DNA from: Dehalococcoidia bacterium UBA5627
Lineage (GTDB): Bacteria; Chloroflexota; Dehalococcoidia; Dehalococcoidales; UBA5627
DNA: 26,904 nucleotides
Direction of reading: 5' to 3'
Assembly: GCA_002421585.1 (NCBI GenBank)
Contig: DIKD01000006.1
Span: forward strand, 1-26,904
In this document: piece by piece, positions 23,749 through 26,904 of the stretch
Position numbering within the stretch: the stretch's first letter is position 1
Layout: each line of letters begins with the position of its first letter
Notes under the pieces: model-generated
The model's database searches: none
Told to the model about the DNA's origin: nothing
What the model saw: only the letters and a program-made list of their open reading frames with translations
Position numbers and translations under genes: made by a program

Positions 23749-25326
23749 CTATTTATTCTTTATTAACCAGTACTCAAGGCTATCTGCCAATGCCAGCCAG
23801 CTGGCTTCGATAATATTCGCGGAGCTCCCTACTGTATTCCAGTGGTCTGCGCCGTCGGTAGATTCTATAAGCACTCGCACCTGTGATGCGGTATTTTTCG
23901 AATCCAGTATGCGTACCTTATAGTCAACAAGCTGAATGCAGGAAAGCTGTGGATATGACTGTATCAGTGCTTTTCTCAAGGCTTTGTCCATAGCATTGAC
24001 CGGGCCGTTACCCTCTGATGCGGTATGCATTATTTGACCGTCAACTCGGACTTTTACCATTGCCTCGGAAAGTGCTTCATCGCTATTATGAGTAGTGGGG
24101 GAACGTCTACGGCTTTCTATTATTACCATGAAATCGACCAGTTCAAAAGGCGATTGATAATCTGACTGGGCTCTGTGAACCAACAGATCGAAGGATGCTT
24201 CTGCATTTTCATATTGAAAACCACGGCTTTCAAGGTCTTTCACTTTCTCCAGCAATTGTTGGGCCTCCTTCCCCTTGGTAGGTAGTGAAACACCGATTTG
24301 ACCGGCTCTGTGAACAATATTCGATCTGCCGGACAGTTCGGATATTAACATGCGTGATTTATTACCTACCAGTGCCGGGTCGATATGCTGGTAACTGCCT
24401 GACCACTTGCTTAAACCGGAAACATGCAATCCTGCCTTGTGACTGAAAGCACTGCTTCCGACATAAGGCAATGATGGGTTCGGGTTAAGATTAGCCGCTT
24501 CGTTAATATAACTGGCAACTTCAGAAAGTTTTGCCAGATTATTATCGCTGATGCAATCTATGCCCATTTTAAGTTTAAGATTGGGAATTATTGAACAAAG
24601 ATTGGCATTTCCGCATCTCTCTCCGAAACCGTTAATTGTACCCTGTACATGTGTAGCTCCGGCTTTCACTGCGGCAAGCGTAACTGCCACCGCAAGTTCA
24701 CTGTCATTATGAGCATGAATACCTATTGGTATTGAAGTTATCTCGCACACTTTTTTAACAGCGTCATAAGATTCATCCGGCAAAGTGCCTCCGTTTGTGT
24801 CGCATAATATCAGACAATCAGCTCCTGCTTTTTCGGAGGCGACAAGAACATCCAGCGCATATTGCTGATTATCCTTAAAACCATCGAAGAAATGTTCGGC
24901 GTCGATAAAAACGGATATCCCTTTGTTTTTCAGGTATCTGGTTGAATCAGTTATCATATTTATATTTTCTTCCAGGGTGGTTTCCAGCACCTGTGTTACC
25001 TGTCGGGCTGAACATTTTGAAACAAGTGTAACAATGCCGGTTTTAGCTTCAACAAGTGAAGCCAGTGTCGCGTCATCTTCCGCTTTTCCGTTTGCCCTTC
25101 TGGTGCTTCCAAAAGCAACCAGTTTGGCATTTTTAAAATTCAAATCATGTGCTTTATTAAAAAATTCGATATCTTTGGGATTCGAACCAGGCCATCCGCC
25201 TTCTATGTAATGAATCCCCAGTTCATCAAGTTTGCAGGCAATATTCAGCTTATCGACAACAGAAAAGGAAATACCTTCTTTTTGCGCTCCGTCTCTAAGT
25301 GTTGTGTCGTAAAGCTGTATAGACAT
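23749..25326 (-). CDS. cimA: Citramalate synthase (LeuA-related, DRE-TIM family)
   Basis: YDTTLRDGAQKEG, YIEGGWPGSNPKD, DAEHFFDG, CDTNGG, HAHND, GERCGNANL, HKAGLH, ELSGRSN, GNGPVNA. Confidence 0.92.
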   Translation of the reverse strand: MSIQLYDTTLRDGAQKEGISFSVVDKLNIACKLDELGIHYIEGGWPGSNPKDIEFFNKAHDLNFKNAKLVAFGSTRRANGKAEDDATLASLVEAKTGIVTLVSKCSARQVTQVLETTLEENINMITDSTRYLKNKGISVFIDAEHFFDGFKDNQQYALDVLVASEKAGADCLILCDTNGGTLPDESYDAVKKVCEITSIPIGIHAHNDSELAVAVTLAAVKAGATHVQGTINGFGERCGNANLCSIIPNLKLKMGIDCISDNNLAKLSEVASYINEAANLNPNPSLPYVGSSAFSHKAGLHVSGLSKWSGSYQHIDPALVGNKSRMLISELSGRSNIVHRAGQIGVSLPTKGKEAQQLLEKVKDLESRGFQYENAEASFDLLVHRAQSDYQSPFELVDFMVIIESRRRSPTTHNSDEALSEAMVKVRVDGQIMHTASEGNGPVNAMDKALRKALIQSYPQLSCIQLVDYKVRILDSKNTASQVRVLIESTDGADHWNTVGSSANIIEASWLALADSLEYWLIKNK

Positions 25327-25338
25327 GTAACTTTTACC

Positions 25339-26427
25339 TTATATCCTTTCGGCGATTAAATCACCCATCCGGCTTGTGGTTACTTTAGTTGAGCCTTGAC
25401 CCATTATATCATAAGTTGCGTAGTTTTCTGACAGCACATTATTAATGGCATCCTCAACCGCAGAAGCTTCCTTTGATAGCCCAAATGAATAATTCAACAT
25501 CATAGCCATGCTTAAAATAGTCGCAATCGGATTGGCGTCGTTTAGCCCTTTATGACGCGGCGCGCTGCCATGGCTGGGTTCGTACATTCCGAGTGTTCTT
25601 TCGCCTGCCTTGGGTACGCCAGCCAGACTGGCGGATGCCAGCATTCCCAGTGAACCGCCAAGCATTGATGCTTCATCGGTTAAAATATCCCCGAATGTAT
25701 TCTCGGTAACCAGTACATCAAGATATCTGGGATTCTGAATAATTCTCATTGCACAAGCGTCTACCAGCATATGCTCAAGTTCAACATCCGGGTATTCCTT
25801 TGAAATTTCCACGGCAACCTGTCTCCATAATCTTGAGGATTGGAGCACGTTGGCTTTATCTACCGATATCAACTTCTTTTTGCGTGTGCGGGCAATCTCG
25901 AAACCAACTCTGACTATACGCGCAATTTCACGTTCGGAATACAGCATCGAATCAACCGCCCACCTGCCGTCACTTTCCTCCCATCTCTTTTTTGGTTGCC
26001 CGAAATATAAACCGCCGGTTAGCTCTCTTACAAATATAAAATCGACATCCTTTAGCATCTGGGGTTTGAAATTGGTGTGGTCGAACAAGGATGGATAGGC
26101 ATGCACAGGCCTCAGGTTGGCAAATAAGCCCAGTTCCTTGCGAATTGCCAGTAAACCATCTTCCGGATGAATCGGCGCCTGTGGATCGTCAAATCTGGGG
26201 TCACCGACAGCGCCTAATAATACGGCGTCACTCTTTTTGCATTTATCGATAGTTTCCTGCGATAAAGCAGTTCCCTCTTCATCAATAGCTACGCCGCCTA
26301 TCAGCGCGTACTCACAATTAAACTCATGCCCGAATTTTTTGCCGACAGTATTCATTACTTTTACCGATTCATCGATGATTTCGGGGCCTATGCCGTCACC
26401 GGGCAAAACAACAATGTTAAACTTCAT
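25339..26427 (-). CDS. leuB: 3-isopropylmalate dehydrogenase
   Basis: LPGDGIGPEI, LFANLRP, RELTGGLYFG, SVDKANVL, ENTFGDILTDE, EPSHGSAP, ANPIATILS. Confidence 0.97.
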   Translation of the reverse strand: MKFNIVVLPGDGIGPEIIDESVKVMNTVGKKFGHEFNCEYALIGGVAIDEEGTALSQETIDKCKKSDAVLLGAVGDPRFDDPQAPIHPEDGLLAIRKELGLFANLRPVHAYPSLFDHTNFKPQMLKDVDFIFVRELTGGLYFGQPKKRWEESDGRWAVDSMLYSEREIARIVRVGFEIARTRKKKLISVDKANVLQSSRLWRQVAVEISKEYPDVELEHMLVDACAMRIIQNPRYLDVLVTENTFGDILTDEASMLGGSLGMLASASLAGVPKAGERTLGMYEPSHGSAPRHKGLNDANPIATILSMAMMLNYSFGLSKEASAVEDAINNVLSENYATYDIMGQGSTKVTTSRMGDLIAERI

Positions 26428-26904
26428 TTAACCCTTCTCCAATCTATTTCTTGTGTATTCGATAAGTCCGCCGGCTTTAATCAATTCCGCCATAAAATCC
26501 GGATAAGGCTCAGCGATAAACTCTTTTCCGTTATTTAAATTTCTAATCTTACCATTCGATAAGTCGACTTCCAGAATGTCTCCGCTGTTTGTGTTATCCA
26601 CAGCATCACTGCATTCCAGTACAGGTAACCCGATATTTATGGCGTTGCGGAAGAAAATGCGCGCAAAACTTTTAGCAATAACACAGGAAATACCGGAGGC
26701 TTTAATGGCTATCGGCGCATGTTCTCTGGAAGAACCACAGCCAAAATTGGTAGTGGCAACTATGATATCGCCGTTATTAACCTTACCGACAAATTCAAGG
26801 TCTATATCTTCCATACAATGCTTTGCAAGCTCGCACGGTTCGGAAACATTCAAAAAGCGTGCCGGAATAATAGCATCCGTGTCAACATTTTCCCCGTACT
26901 TAAA
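26428..26904 (-). CDS. leuD: 3-isopropylmalate dehydratase small subunit, 5'-truncated by the window edge
   Basis: The frame stays open to the window end: [18 protein letters not shown] precedes the ORF-track TTG start. Also [12 protein letters not shown] and [16 protein letters not shown]. Confidence 0.96.
   Translation of the reverse strand, partial: FKYGENVDTDAIIPARFLNVSEPCELAKHCMEDIDLEFVGKVNNGDIIVATTNFGCGSSREHAPIAIKASGISCVIAKSFARIFFRNAINIGLPVLECSDAVDNTNSGDILEVDLSNGKIRNLNNGKEFIAEPYPDFMAELIKAGGLIEYTRNRLEKG

Noticed and set aside
26428-26853. ORF-track TTG start for leuD at 26853
   Set aside because: The conserved N-terminal [11 protein letters not shown] motif lies upstream in frame, so the true start is outside the window.

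Overview
An AT-rich bacterial chromosomal window, most likely from a Dehalococcoidia (Chloroflexota) anaerobe. This is inferred from the cimA-leuB-leuD order, the four-subunit 2-oxoacid:ferredoxin oxidoreductase, the soluble PAS kinase and the non-canonical tubulin/FtsZ homologue. It is core-like DNA: I see no integrase, transposase, CRISPR array or rRNA. From left to right it holds: (1) a membrane-lipid-modification trio (partial GT-C-like protein, divergent PlsY-like acyltransferase, CrtQ/CruC-like GT2); (2) a triple-PAS HisKA_3 kinase with a NarL-type regulator; (3) tRNA-Lys(CTT); (4) a long helical protein with an exact 150-aa periodicity, converging on a CetZ-like tubulin; (5) a lipoprotein with an EExxH variant of the zincin motif and a truncated DnaJ-type protein; (6) a tRNA-Arg(CCG)-porCDAB-ferredoxin-like-tRNA-Pro(TGG) unit; (7) a Mo/W-cofactor region (HTH-only ModE, Tat-exported ApbE, moaB-moeA, moaA-moaC under a Moco/Wco riboswitch); (8) DegV, two hypothetical genes, a CysM-like enzyme and cimA-leuB-leuD (partial). 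The two strongest leads are a three-strand 'relay' expression platform readable in the sequence of the P3-less Moco/Wco riboswitch, and a possible archaea-like cytoskeletal locus (CetZ-like tubulin plus periodic coiled coil). All family calls come from motif recognition by eye; no database search was run.
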